From contig JAGZSF010000007.1 of NCBI GenBank assembly GCA_018381235.1, positions 8,423-72,422 of the forward strand: a stretch of 64,000 nt of DNA, written 5' to 3'. How positions within the stretch are numbered: position 1 is the stretch's first letter; each line of letters opens with the position of its first letter. The notes under the pieces are model-generated. The model was given only the letters and a program-made list of their open reading frames with translations, ran no database searches and was not told where the DNA came from. This stretch comes from Collinsella sp. Its GTDB lineage: Bacteria > Actinomycetota > Coriobacteriia > Coriobacteriales > Coriobacteriaceae. Of this stretch, positions 17,840 through 26,699 are shown one piece after another. The translations under genes were made by a program, and so were the position numbers.

Positions 17840-18577
17840 CTAGGCAAGCGGATTCTTCTTTGCCATGCCATTTGCACGAGGCAATGAAACGGATGCTGAA
17901 TGACTCTTCTTAAGAACAATGAACTCCCTGTGACCCAAGCCTTCAGGCAAATCAATTGCGTCATTCAGAAGCAAAGTGAAGCCGCAAATCTTAGCTGCTG
18001 ACATGCCGGAAGCAAGCTCCTCATCCGAAGGATTGCCCTTGGTGATAACAAATAGCCCTCCATCCTTCAGGTACGGAGCCGCATACTCAACAAGAATCGG
18101 TAGAGGGGCCAGTGCGCGGGCGGTTACAACGGAGAACTGCTTCTTATGGCTTCGAGCATATTCTTCAAGACGATCATGAACCGCATGAGCATGTTTCAAT
18201 CCAAGAGCATGGACAAAGGAATTAACCGCATCAACCTTCTTGCCAACAGAGTCAATATAAGTAGCTTTACGATGCGTGGTTATGGTTAATGGAATACCAG
18301 GGAAGCCCGCACCTGTTCCCATATCGAGCAAAGCTCCCTCAGGAGCCTTATTGATATAGGGGAGCAAAACAAGTGAGTCGAGGATATGAAGTACGGCAGC
18401 ATCTTCTACGTTAAGAATACGGGTGAGATTGGTTGTCTTATTTGTTTCTAGAACCAAATCCAAATGCTGGATACATTTCCTCAGCTCAATATCAGTTACG
18501 CTCAAGGAATATTCTTTGCAATAGGAAGTTAGGCGACTCAACATCTCGTCAGCCTGCTGATCGGTAAGTACAAACAA
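17840..18577 (-). CDS. rsmG: 16S rRNA (guanine527-N7)-methyltransferase RsmG/GidB
   Basis: SAM-binding DMGTGAGFPGIPL; N-terminal region like RsmG (LTRILNVEDAAVLHILDSL). The start chosen is TTG at 18577, 6 nt after AGAAAGGAG. ATG at 18544 is an alternative. The track's TTG at 18625 lies inside the upstream terminator T-run and is rejected. Confidence 0.8.
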   Translation of the reverse strand: MFVLTDQQADEMLSRLTSYCKEYSLSVTDIELRKCIQHLDLVLETNKTTNLTRILNVEDAAVLHILDSLVLLPYINKAPEGALLDMGTGAGFPGIPLTITTHRKATYIDSVGKKVDAVNSFVHALGLKHAHAVHDRLEEYARSHKKQFSVVTARALAPLPILVEYAAPYLKDGGLFVITKGNPSDEELASGMSAAKICGFTLLLNDAIDLPEGLGHREFIVLKKSHSASVSLPRANGMAKKNPLA

Positions 18578-18623
18578 CAGAAGCTCCTTTCTGACAAAAA
18601 TCAGCGTATCGAGAACTTTTGAC

Positions 18624-18654
18624 AAAAAAAGGGGACGTGGAAACCACGTCCCCC
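18624..18654 (-). terminator. rho-independent terminator after jag
   Basis: Minus-strand GGGGACGTGG-ttt-CCACGTCCCC followed by T7. Confidence 0.6.
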
Positions 18655-18673
18655 TAGCATAAGCTCGAGTAGA

Positions 18674-19243
18674 TTATCGAGCAACAATCACCACATGGCG
18701 ATCAGGGTCAGAACCCTCAGAATGAGTATCGACTGCATCGTTGCCACGAAGTGCAATGTGAACCAGTCGGCGCTCGTAGGCATTCATGGGCGGAAGCGAA
18801 ACACTCTTATGAGTGCGGATGGCACGCTCGGCAGCAGACTGAGCCATGGAGGCGACCTTATCCTGACGGCGACTCTTGTATCCCTCGACGTCCACTACAA
18901 CCGGATACCTAAAGCCAAGCTTGCGGCTCACCAGCAAAGAGAACATAACCTGAAGAGCATCAAGAGTGCGACCATGACGGCCAATGAGAACAGCAAGGTC
19001 GGGAGCCGTTACATCCAAAATCAGCTCACCCTCGTCGCCCTCATACTCATCGATAGGAGAGTTGGCGGCATCGAAGTGCGAAAGGATGGAACGCAGGATG
19101 GAAATCGCAACATCGGCAATGGTGTCGAGCTCCTCATCGGTCAGCTCTTCACCAGCCTTGTAGCGCTGTGCAATCTCGGGATAATCGCCCGCGACCTGCG
19201 GGGCAACCTCCTCAAGCATATCCTCGATGATCTCTTCAGACAT
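18674..19243 (-). CDS. jag: Jag/KhpB family RNA-binding protein (KH + R3H domains)
   Basis: ATG at 19243 is 6 nt after GGAG. R3H motif near ...YERRLVHIALRGNDAVDTHSEGSDPDRHVVI. Conserved position downstream of yidC. Confidence 0.8.
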   Translation of the reverse strand: MSEEIIEDMLEEVAPQVAGDYPEIAQRYKAGEELTDEELDTIADVAISILRSILSHFDAANSPIDEYEGDEGELILDVTAPDLAVLIGRHGRTLDALQVMFSLLVSRKLGFRYPVVVDVEGYKSRRQDKVASMAQSAAERAIRTHKSVSLPPMNAYERRLVHIALRGNDAVDTHSEGSDPDRHVVIVAR

Positions 19244-19287
19244 AACGTACTCCAAAAGTTAGGTACCTAAATAAGATTGATATCCCA

Positions 19288-20058
19288 CTACTTCTTCTTG
19301 TGCGGGCGCGGCTTCTTCTCGCGACGAGTGACCTCAACCTGCAGCGGAGCGTTCTTGAGGCGCTCCTCTTCATCGGCCTTGGCCTTCTCGATAACCTTCT
19401 GCGTCACGAAGATCTGCTGGATAACCTGCCAGGCAGAAGACACATCGTAGTACAGCAGAACGCCGACGGGCAGGCTCCAACCCATCCAAAGCATCATGAC
19501 GGTCATGACAACAGCCATCATACGCATGCTCTGAGCCTGCTGGCCGGTCTGGTTGCGCGACATATAGAGCTGCGGAATCAGGGTCAGGACGGCAAACAGG
19601 ATCAGGCAAACCAGCGCAGGCAGTGCAACCATAAAGCCATCGGCAAAGGAAGCGCTCGGCGTGGTGGTCAGGTCGGGCAGGATGTTGAAGAACGAGAACG
19701 TGCCGTTGTTAAAGTACTGCGGCAGGTTGCGCAGCAATGTAAACAGGGCGAACAGGATAGGCATCTGAATCAGCAGCGGCAGACAGCCAGCCATGGGGTT
19801 GAACTTGTTCTCGCTGTAGAACTTCTGCATCTCCTCGGCCTGACGCTGGGGATCGTCGGCATAGCGCTCCTGGATCTCGAGCATCTTGGGCTGCAGCACC
19901 TGCATGCGAGCCGTCGACTTGGTCGACTTGAGCATAAGCGGCGTCAGCAGCAGACGGATGATGACCACCAGGATGATGATGGACAGGCCCCAGTCGACCG
20001 CAAAGGTCTGGATGAGCTTGAGCAGCTCGAAAAGGATGTTAACGATCCAATCCCACAT
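19288..20058 (-). CDS. yidC: membrane protein insertase YidC (short Gram-positive type)
   Basis: GGAGG ribosome-binding site. Five TM helices. Conserved KMLEIQERYADDPQRQAEEMQKFYSENKFNPMAGCLPLLIQMPILFALF core. Basic C-terminal tail. Confidence 0.9.
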   Translation of the reverse strand: MWDWIVNILFELLKLIQTFAVDWGLSIIILVVIIRLLLTPLMLKSTKSTARMQVLQPKMLEIQERYADDPQRQAEEMQKFYSENKFNPMAGCLPLLIQMPILFALFTLLRNLPQYFNNGTFSFFNILPDLTTTPSASFADGFMVALPALVCLILFAVLTLIPQLYMSRNQTGQQAQSMRMMAVVMTVMMLWMGWSLPVGVLLYYDVSSAWQVIQQIFVTQKVIEKAKADEEERLKNAPLQVEVTRREKKPRPHKKK

Positions 20059-20087
20059 GTAAGTTTTCCTCCGATAGCGAGTGCCCG

Positions 20088-20312
20088 CTAGGGCACAGGG
20101 TCATAACCGCCGACGTGCAGGGGATTGCAGCGAGCGATGCGCCTCACGGCAAGCCAGCAGCCTCTCAAAACACCGTGCTTCTCAATCGCCTGGATGGCGT
20201 ATTGCGAGCACGTTGGGTAATAAATGCAGGCGTCAGGCAATAAGGGCGAAATAACCTGTTGATATATGCGAATAGGAGCGATGGCAACACGTCGCAAAAC
20301 GTGATTGCTCAT
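20088..20312 (-). CDS. yidD: membrane protein insertion efficiency factor YidD
   Basis: 74 aa. Conserved [31 protein letters not shown]. Its ATG overlaps the rnpA stop (ATGA). Confidence 0.8.
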   Translation of the reverse strand: MSNHVLRRVAIAPIRIYQQVISPLLPDACIYYPTCSQYAIQAIEKHGVLRGCWLAVRRIARCNPLHVGGYDPVP

Positions 20313-20647
20313 CGCTCCTCCCCGGCAACGCCGGCGCGCTTCATAAGCGAACGCAACGCCTTGTCCATCTCCTGCGGCGAGGAAACCCTCGTCTTGGGAG
20401 TTGCAAACAAGATGATGTCATAACCCGCAACGGGAAATCCGCAGCTGCGGGCGGCCTCGCGCATCACACGCTTAGATCGGTTGCGCACGACGGCACAACC
20501 GAGTCGCTTAGCACCAACGAAGGCGACCCTTCCGGAGTCGCCTTCGCCAACCGATTCACATATGGTCATTCGAATCAGAGGGTGATTGAAACGACGCCCC
20601 TGACTGAACACATGCTCGAAATCTTGCCGAGACTTAATAGTCTTCAT
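20309..20647 (-). CDS. rnpA: ribonuclease P protein component
   Basis: 112 aa, basic, with an RNR-like region ([23 protein letters not shown]). Confidence 0.85.
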   Translation of the reverse strand: MKTIKSRQDFEHVFSQGRRFNHPLIRMTICESVGEGDSGRVAFVGAKRLGCAVVRNRSKRVMREAARSCGFPVAGYDIILFATPKTRVSSPQEMDKALRSLMKRAGVAGEER

Positions 20648-20667
20648 GCGAGATGTGTGTATCGCTG

Positions 20668-20802
20668 CTAGACAGTGAGACGCTTGCGGCCCTTGGCGCG
20701 ACGACGGGCGAGCACGGCACGACCACCCTTAGTGGCCATACGGGCACGGAAGCCATGGGTCTTGGCACGCTTACGCTTATTAGGCTGATACGTACGCTTC
20801 AT
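20668..20802 (-). CDS. rpmH: 50S ribosomal protein L34
   Basis: [47 protein letters not shown] at 20802 is 5 nt after GGAGGAAC. The track ORF extends artificially upstream. Confidence 0.9.
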   Translation of the reverse strand: MKRTYQPNKRKRAKTHGFRARMATKGGRAVLARRRAKGRKRLTV

Positions 20803-20862
20803 CTTAAGTTCCTCCTGCTGCATTTCGAGTGTCCGCGGGGACGCGGACGCAGATATAGACAC

Positions 20863-21147
20863 GTGAGCTTGAAGATTGTAGGGAAATCAATGTTCAAATG
20901 TCAAGAAATCAAAGGTAAAAGGTTGCGCAGTTCACACGGTTCCCCCATAAGCCAAGCTCGATTTAGCGGTGCATGGAAACTTTTCACGATATTTCATCGA
21001 GTTTTCAACAGGTCATGTTGGCAATGTTGAGAACTTTTCGTCCGTTTTCCAAAGTTTTCAACAGGTTTTGAAAGTTTGTCGAAAGATGAGAAACATTGCA
21101 CGGTGAGCTACTATTTGTTCGAAACCTTTTGGAAGATTGCGAGCGGC
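20863..21147. other. rpmH-dnaA intergenic region with repeated AGTTTTCAACAGG(TTTTGAAAGTTTGTCGAAAG) motifs; candidate DnaA-box / origin-proximal regulatory cluster
   Basis: AGTTTTCAACAGGT at 21000..21013 and a 33-mer AGTTTTCAACAGGTTTTGAAAGTTTGTCGAAAG at 21053..21085. TTTTCAACA is two mismatches from the DnaA box TTATCCACA. Related copies lie after dnaA (24254..24276 and 24317..24349). Confidence 0.4.
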
Positions 21148-22500
21148 ATGTCTGACGACTTTTACACCATGGTCGATTCCGGAGACCCGGCACCCGACAA
21201 CGAGCACATCACCGGCGTGCGCGAAGAGCGTGACGAAGGTGAACAGACGACAACGCAGGCGCCAAAAGCCATGTACGCCGCGCGCATCGCCGTCTATGAC
21301 GACATGCTGTCGACACCGCGTGTGATCGTCATCGATCCGCAAGATGTCCGCACGTATTTGGAAGAGACGACCAACACCGTCTACCAGTGCATGAAAGAAC
21401 AAGGTGGCCATATCTCGCTCATGGTCATCCGCGAGATTGTCGAAAACTTTATCCACGCACACTTTGCAGAGCCCATCATCTCGATTCTGGACGGCGGAGA
21501 CACCATCCGCTTTGCTGACCAAGGACCCGGCATCGACGACAAGGAACGCGCTTTCGACTTTGGCGTTACCAGCGCAAACAGCAAGATGAAGCGCTATATC
21601 CGTGGAACCGGAGCAGGGTTTCCCATGGTGCAGGAGTATTTGGAAAACGCCGGCGGTGCCGTATCCATCGAGGACAACATGGGCAACGGCACCGTGGTTA
21701 CGGTAAGCCTGAACCCTAAACGCGTGCAGGAAATCGAGCGTGCCGGCGGACGCGGTGCTGCCGTGCGGCCCGAGACGGAGCAGCCCACATATCCCCTGCC
21801 GGGAGCTTTTGCGCAGCAGCCCATGGCAACGCAGCAGATGCAGCCCCCCGTGGGGCAGATGCAGCAGCCCGGAATGCTTCCCACACAAGAGCCCCAGGCG
21901 GCATCTATGTCGATGACGCCAAACATGCCAGAGGCCATGCCGCTGGCAGATCAGGATGCAGCAGCAATGCAGCAGGCGACGGGGGCACCGGGTGGCCAGC
22001 AAATGGGCTATCAGCCGTACCAACGGGGATATCCATATCAGCAGATGCCGCCACTGGGGTATGGCCAGCAGTTCCCGCAGCAGTACCAGCAGGGATATCA
22101 GCAGCCGTACCAGCAGATGCCGCAGCAGCAGTACAACCCCTGGGCCCAACAGATGCCTCTGCAGCCTTACCAACAGTGGCCTCAAAGTTTTCAACAGCAA
22201 ATGCCGCCGATGCAGAGTTCTCAACAACCAGCAGCTCAAATGATGTATCCTAATGCAGCAAATCAGTATGCGCAGCCACAACCGGACGTGTTCGTAAGCG
22301 ATCGCGGCAACGCCGCGCTGGGCTATCTGGCGCAAAATCAAGCGTGCGGTGCAACCGATCTGGCGAGGGCGTTTGGAAACTCAGCCCCCACTTGGTCACG
22401 CACGCTCAATGACTTGGCGCAGGCCGGCTTGGTCATCAAGCATGGCCAGAAATACCATCTGACCGAACTCGGCGCCGCTCGCGTGCGAGCTCAGAGCTAA
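21148..22500 (+). CDS. unusual protein: RsbW/SpoIIAB-like GHKL ATPase domain + ~200-aa Q/P/Y/M-rich low-complexity linker + C-terminal winged-helix DNA-binding domain
   Basis: GHKL N-box VIREIVENFIHAHF, G1 box RFADQGPGI, G2 box RGTGAGFPMV, G3 box GNGTVVTVSL. Linker is rich in QQMQPP, YQQMPPLGYGQQFPQQYQQGYQQPYQQ. C-terminal wHTH DRGNAALGYLAQNQACGATDLARAFGNSAPTWSRTLNDLAQAGLVIKHGQKYHLTELG. Stop at 22500, 15 nt before dnaA. The start is uncertain (ATG 21148; the track's upstream extension from 21076 is unsupported). Confidence 0.6.
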   Translation: MSDDFYTMVDSGDPAPDNEHITGVREERDEGEQTTTQAPKAMYAARIAVYDDMLSTPRVIVIDPQDVRTYLEETTNTVYQCMKEQGGHISLMVIREIVENFIHAHFAEPIISILDGGDTIRFADQGPGIDDKERAFDFGVTSANSKMKRYIRGTGAGFPMVQEYLENAGGAVSIEDNMGNGTVVTVSLNPKRVQEIERAGGRGAAVRPETEQPTYPLPGAFAQQPMATQQMQPPVGQMQQPGMLPTQEPQAASMSMTPNMPEAMPLADQDAAAMQQATGAPGGQQMGYQPYQRGYPYQQMPPLGYGQQFPQQYQQGYQQPYQQMPQQQYNPWAQQMPLQPYQQWPQSFQQQMPPMQSSQQPAAQMMYPNAANQYAQPQPDVFVSDRGNAALGYLAQNQACGATDLARAFGNSAPTWSRTLNDLAQAGLVIKHGQKYHLTELGAARVRAQS

Positions 22501-22515
22501 AGAACGGGAGAGACA

Positions 22516-24240
22516 GTGGACGAGGAAGCAAGCATCATCCTGGGGGATGCCATCGCCTTTTGCCAGCGCGACGGCCAAGATGCACGCCTCATCAACATGC
22601 TGGGGCAATCGCGGGCCATAAGCCTGACCGAAGATACGCTCACGATCGAGGCCCCCTCGCGCTTTGCCATCGCGCAGCTCAAAAAGCATCAGCCGACTAT
22701 TGAGGCCTATCTGGAAGAAATCGCCTTTGCACCGATCGCGCTCGACATCGTGGCACCGCAAGGCGCCGCAACGGAATCCGCTGCCGCGACGGCGCCCGCC
22801 ACGGCTCCCGCCGCTTCCCCGGCGGCACCGACCTCCGCAGGCGACGTGCCGACAATCGAGCACCAGCACAGCGATGTTTCCCGTGAAACCATGGCACCGT
22901 TGCCGACCGCGGCGGCGACGTCAACGAACGCACCCGTCACGCACATGCCTATCGCTCACGACGCAGCGGCGGGCGCGGATTCGGGCATTGCAATCAAGAA
23001 CACGCTCTCGGCCGATGATTTTCGTCGCATGATGAACCAGATGAAGGGCGGAGCGCCGACTAAATCCACGCAAGCTGCGGCCCCCGCTTCACCCATACCG
23101 GCGCCGACCGTGCCGGCCGAGCAGAATACGGATGGAGCCCCGCTCGCCGCGAACTCAAAATTTACCTTTGAGAACTTTGTCTACGGCCCCGAAAACAGCC
23201 ATGCCTATCGCTCGGCACTCAAGTTTGCCGCCCTCGCGGACGAGCGCGGCACATGCACATCACTGTTCATCTACGGCAAATCGGGCCTGGGCAAGACGCA
23301 CCTGCTGCTTGCCATCAAAAACGAGCTCGCCGAGAAGTCGCCCGAGATCAAGGTCAAGTATGCCAACTCCCAGGCATATCTGGACGACCTGATGACCGAG
23401 TTCGACCGCCAAAAGAAGAGCAACGCCCCCATCATGCAGGCGTACCACGGCGTGGACGTGCTCATCATCGATGACATCCAAAACATCATCGGCAAGCGCG
23501 CGAGCGTGGACTACTTTTTCCAGCTCATGGACGAGTTCATCCGCAACAACAAGAAGGTCGTCATCGCGGCAGACCGTGCCCCCAAGGACCTGAGCATGGA
23601 CGAGCGTCTGACCAGCCGCTTCAACGCCGGCATGCTCTGCCTGGTCGCAGAGCCCAGCTACGAGATGAAATACAAGATCTTGCAGCGCTATTACGAGAAC
23701 ACCATCGTCGCCGCTCCCGAGGCAGGCGACGACTCGCTGCTGGCGGCCTATGGGGGCGACGGCGGACACCTGACCGACGAGCACTTTAAACACATGGCCG
23801 AGGTCTCGGGCACCAACATCCGCGAACTCGAGAGCTTTTGCGAGCGCTGCGCCGGCGAGGCGGGCGACCGCGAGCGCGAGGGCGGGGAGCTCACCTTTGA
23901 CGATATCGACGCCATCGCCAGCCAGTACTTCGACACATCGGCCAAAAAGATCAACGTCCAGACGGTTCAGTCCGTCATCGAAGAGCAGTACGGCGTGACG
24001 CACGAGGAGCTCATCGGCCCGCGTCGCAACGCCAATATCGCCAAAGCACGCCATATCGCTATCTACCTGGCCATCGAGATGTGCGAGATGACGACCACGG
24101 CGGTGGGCGCCGAATTTGGCAACCGCAACCACTCGACCGTCAGCACGAGCTACAAAAAGGTCCAGAAGATGATCCAGGAAGACCGTACCGTCACCGAAGA
24201 CCTCAAATCGCTGCGCGATAAAATTACACTGCGCTCGTAG
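22516..24240 (+). CDS. dnaA: chromosomal replication initiator protein DnaA
   Basis: GTG start after GGGAGAG. AAA+ Walker A LFIYGKSGLGKTHLL. Domain IV KARHIAIYLAIEMCEMTTTAVGAEFGNRNHSTV. Long Ala/Pro-rich domain II. Confidence 0.95.
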   Translation: MDEEASIILGDAIAFCQRDGQDARLINMLGQSRAISLTEDTLTIEAPSRFAIAQLKKHQPTIEAYLEEIAFAPIALDIVAPQGAATESAAATAPATAPAASPAAPTSAGDVPTIEHQHSDVSRETMAPLPTAAATSTNAPVTHMPIAHDAAAGADSGIAIKNTLSADDFRRMMNQMKGGAPTKSTQAAAPASPIPAPTVPAEQNTDGAPLAANSKFTFENFVYGPENSHAYRSALKFAALADERGTCTSLFIYGKSGLGKTHLLLAIKNELAEKSPEIKVKYANSQAYLDDLMTEFDRQKKSNAPIMQAYHGVDVLIIDDIQNIIGKRASVDYFFQLMDEFIRNNKKVVIAADRAPKDLSMDERLTSRFNAGMLCLVAEPSYEMKYKILQRYYENTIVAAPEAGDDSLLAAYGGDGGHLTDEHFKHMAEVSGTNIRELESFCERCAGEAGDREREGGELTFDDIDAIASQYFDTSAKKINVQTVQSVIEEQYGVTHEELIGPRRNANIAKARHIAIYLAIEMCEMTTTAVGAEFGNRNHSTVSTSYKKVQKMIQEDRTVTEDLKSLRDKITLRS

Positions 24241-24478
24241 GGAAATAGAGACACCTGTTGAAAACTTGTCGAAACCATGGGCATAAGGTGTCTAAAACCC
24301 AACCCGCGGTGGTGAAAAGTTTTGCGCAGGTTTTGAACGTGGAAAACCACCCCCGTTGCACACAGGTTGCTGTCGATTCTCTTTCTGGGTCTGACCTGCG
24401 TCTTTGGGAGTAATCAACAGTTTCGTCAGTGCTATTACTATTATTAAGATATTTATATCTAAAGAAAGGTATTAAAAG
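24241..24478. other. candidate oriC: dnaA-dnaN intergenic region with DnaA-box-like motifs and an AT-rich unwinding element
   Basis: Motifs CCTGTTGAAAACTTGTCGAAACC (24254..24276) and AAGTTTTGCGCAGGTTTTGAACGTGGAAAACCA (24317..24349; contains TTTTCCAC). The 24400..24478 stretch is about 75% AT (ctattactattattaagatatttatatctaaagaaaggtattaaaag), immediately before the dnaN ATG. Confidence 0.5.
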
Positions 24479-25582
24479 ATGAAGTTCACCGTCAGCCAGA
24501 GCTCGCTTACACAAGCCATCGGCGTCGTTATGAAGGGCGTCGCTTCGGCGTCTACCCTTCCCATCCTGTCGGGCGTGCTCGTCAAGGCGCAAGACGGCAT
24601 CTTGGAATTCCAGACCTCTAACTACACCATCTCGATCCGTCATCGCATCGCGGCGCATGTCGAAGAAGAGGGTGAGATGGTTATCCCCTGTAAGATGCTC
24701 TCCAATATCACCAAGACCCTCCCCGATGCCCCGGTCACCTTTGAGCTGTCCGAGCGCCAGGTGCTGATTGGTTGCGAGAAGAGCTCTTTCCGCCTGAACA
24801 CGCTCGATGTCAATGACTTCCCCGAGTTTCCGGCCTATGCCATCGAGAGTGCCGTGGAGCTGCCGACCGATATCTTGTCCGAAATGGTCGGCCGCGTGTG
24901 GCGCGTCACCTCGACCGACAAGGCCCGCCCCATTCTGGGTGGCGTGCACATGAAGGTCGAGAACAACACCGTGCGCCTGGTGGCGACCGATTCCTTCCGC
25001 TTGGCCGTGTGCGATACGCAGGTCGAGACCTCGACTCTCGAGGGCTCCTTTGAACTCAACGTTCCGGCCGACGCCTTTAACGACGCGCTGAACATCATGG
25101 CCAGCCAGGCGACCATCATGATCGGGGCTACCGACACCCAGGTCGTCTTCGAGGCCGGCAACACCACCTACGTGTCGCGCCGTATCGAGGGCATGTACCC
25201 CAACTACAAGCAGCTCATCCCCGATTCGTGCGTGACGAGCGTCAAGATCGACGTCGCCGCCTTTAACGCCGCCCTCAAGCGCGTGGCCGTTATCGCGAGC
25301 GCCAACCCCGCCGTCAAGTTCGAGATCGATGTCGAGAACGGGCAGATGGGCCTGTCCTCCATTTCCAATGACCAGGACCTTGCGCAGGAGACGATCGATG
25401 TCGAGGCCGAGGGCGAGTCGGGCACCATCGCCTTCAACTACCACTACATCTTTGGCTGCCTCAATGCCCTGTCCAAGGAGAAGGAGATCACGCTGGAGCT
25501 CAAGAGCTACTCGCAGGCGGGCATCTTCAAGTCCTACGACAAGATCAACTACCTGTACCTGGTTATGCCGGTCCGCATCTAG
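24479..25582 (+). CDS. dnaN: DNA polymerase III beta sliding clamp
   Basis: MKFTVSQSSLTQAIGVVMKGV... and C-terminal ...YLYLVMPVRI, typical DnaN; 367 aa. Confidence 0.95.
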   Translation: MKFTVSQSSLTQAIGVVMKGVASASTLPILSGVLVKAQDGILEFQTSNYTISIRHRIAAHVEEEGEMVIPCKMLSNITKTLPDAPVTFELSERQVLIGCEKSSFRLNTLDVNDFPEFPAYAIESAVELPTDILSEMVGRVWRVTSTDKARPILGGVHMKVENNTVRLVATDSFRLAVCDTQVETSTLEGSFELNVPADAFNDALNIMASQATIMIGATDTQVVFEAGNTTYVSRRIEGMYPNYKQLIPDSCVTSVKIDVAAFNAALKRVAVIASANPAVKFEIDVENGQMGLSSISNDQDLAQETIDVEAEGESGTIAFNYHYIFGCLNALSKEKEITLELKSYSQAGIFKSYDKINYLYLVMPVRI

Positions 25583-25592
25583 CAACCGCCCT

Positions 25593-26699
25593 ATGACCAT
25601 GTTCGCCCGCGATCTTTCCGTCGCGCACTACCGCAGCTTCGATAGTTATCGCCTTGCCCTGGACGAGGGCGTGACGATACTTGCGGGACCCAACGCGGCG
25701 GGAAAGACCAATCTCATAGAGGCGCTGCAGCTGCTGACGAGCGGCGCCTCGTTTAGGCATCCGACCGCAGCCGAGCTCGTCCATGATGGCGTGGGCTCGT
25801 GCAAGGTCGAGCTGAGGCTCGAGGGCGACGGCCGCGTGCTTGATATGGGATTGAGCGTGGAGGACGGTAAGCGCTCGTTTAGCCGCAACGGCAAGAGGTG
25901 CTCTGCCGCCGGTGTGCGCGGGGCTCTGCCGAGCGTGCTGTTTTGCCCCGACCATCTGGACATGGTTAAGCGAGGCGCCAGTGTGCGCCGCGCCGCCCTC
26001 GATGACTTTGGCATGCAGCTGAGCGCACGTTATGCCGATCTTGCGAGCACCTATGGACGCTGCGTGACCCAGCGTAACGCCCTGCTCAAGGAGACCTGGT
26101 GCTGTCGCGAGATGCTCGGCGCGTGGAACGATTCGATTGCCCGCGCGGGCTCGGCCCTGCTTGTGCACCGGTTGGCCCTGCTCGACCGGCTGGCGGGCCA
26201 TGTGCACACTGCCTACGGGCAAGTGGCATCCGGTGAGGCTGCCAACGTGACCTATACGTCCACGCTGGGGGATTTGCCCCAGGTCGATGATCGCGAAGAG
26301 CTGAAGGGCTGGGCGTACGAGCGCATGCTGGCTGCCCTTGATGAGCACGCCGACGAGGAAATTCGCCGCGGCGTGACGTTGGTGGGACCGCATCGCGATG
26401 AGATTGAGTTTACCGTGGCGGGTCGCTCCGCCCGTTCATTTGCCAGCCAAGGTCAGCAGCGAACGTTGGTTCTGGCCTGGAAGGTGGCGGAGGTGGCCGT
26501 GGCTCGCGATGTCCTGGGCACCGCCCCGTTGCTGCTTTTGGACGACGTGATGAGCGAACTCGACGGCGAACGCCGCGGTGCTTTTCTGCGGCTGATCGGC
26601 GATGATATCCAGACGGTCATAACCACGACCAACCTGGGGTATTTTACCGATGACCTGCTTGATCGAGCCAAGGTGGTGAGCATGGGTGAGACGTGCTAA
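25593..26699 (+). CDS. recF: DNA replication and repair protein RecF
   Basis: ATG at 25593 gives MTMFARDLSVAHYRSFDSYRLALDEGVTILAGPNAAGKTNLIEALQLL (Walker A). ABC signature and D-loop LLLLDDVMSELD near the C-terminus. The track ORF start at 25329 runs through the end of dnaN and is rejected. Confidence 0.9.
   Translation: MTMFARDLSVAHYRSFDSYRLALDEGVTILAGPNAAGKTNLIEALQLLTSGASFRHPTAAELVHDGVGSCKVELRLEGDGRVLDMGLSVEDGKRSFSRNGKRCSAAGVRGALPSVLFCPDHLDMVKRGASVRRAALDDFGMQLSARYADLASTYGRCVTQRNALLKETWCCREMLGAWNDSIARAGSALLVHRLALLDRLAGHVHTAYGQVASGEAANVTYTSTLGDLPQVDDREELKGWAYERMLAALDEHADEEIRRGVTLVGPHRDEIEFTVAGRSARSFASQGQQRTLVLAWKVAEVAVARDVLGTAPLLLLDDVMSELDGERRGAFLRLIGDDIQTVITTTNLGYFTDDLLDRAKVVSMGETC

Noticed and set aside
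18625-18625. Track start codons for rsmG (TTG 18625), jag (TTG 19255) and the 36350..37543 ORF (TTG)
   Set aside because: These TTG codons lie inside or next to terminator T-runs and lack ribosome-binding sites. Downstream ATG or TTG codons with good Shine-Dalgarno spacing were used instead.
25329-25592. Upstream extension of the recF ORF
   Set aside because: It overlaps the dnaN C-terminus in another frame. The ATG at 25593 gives the canonical RecF N-terminus.
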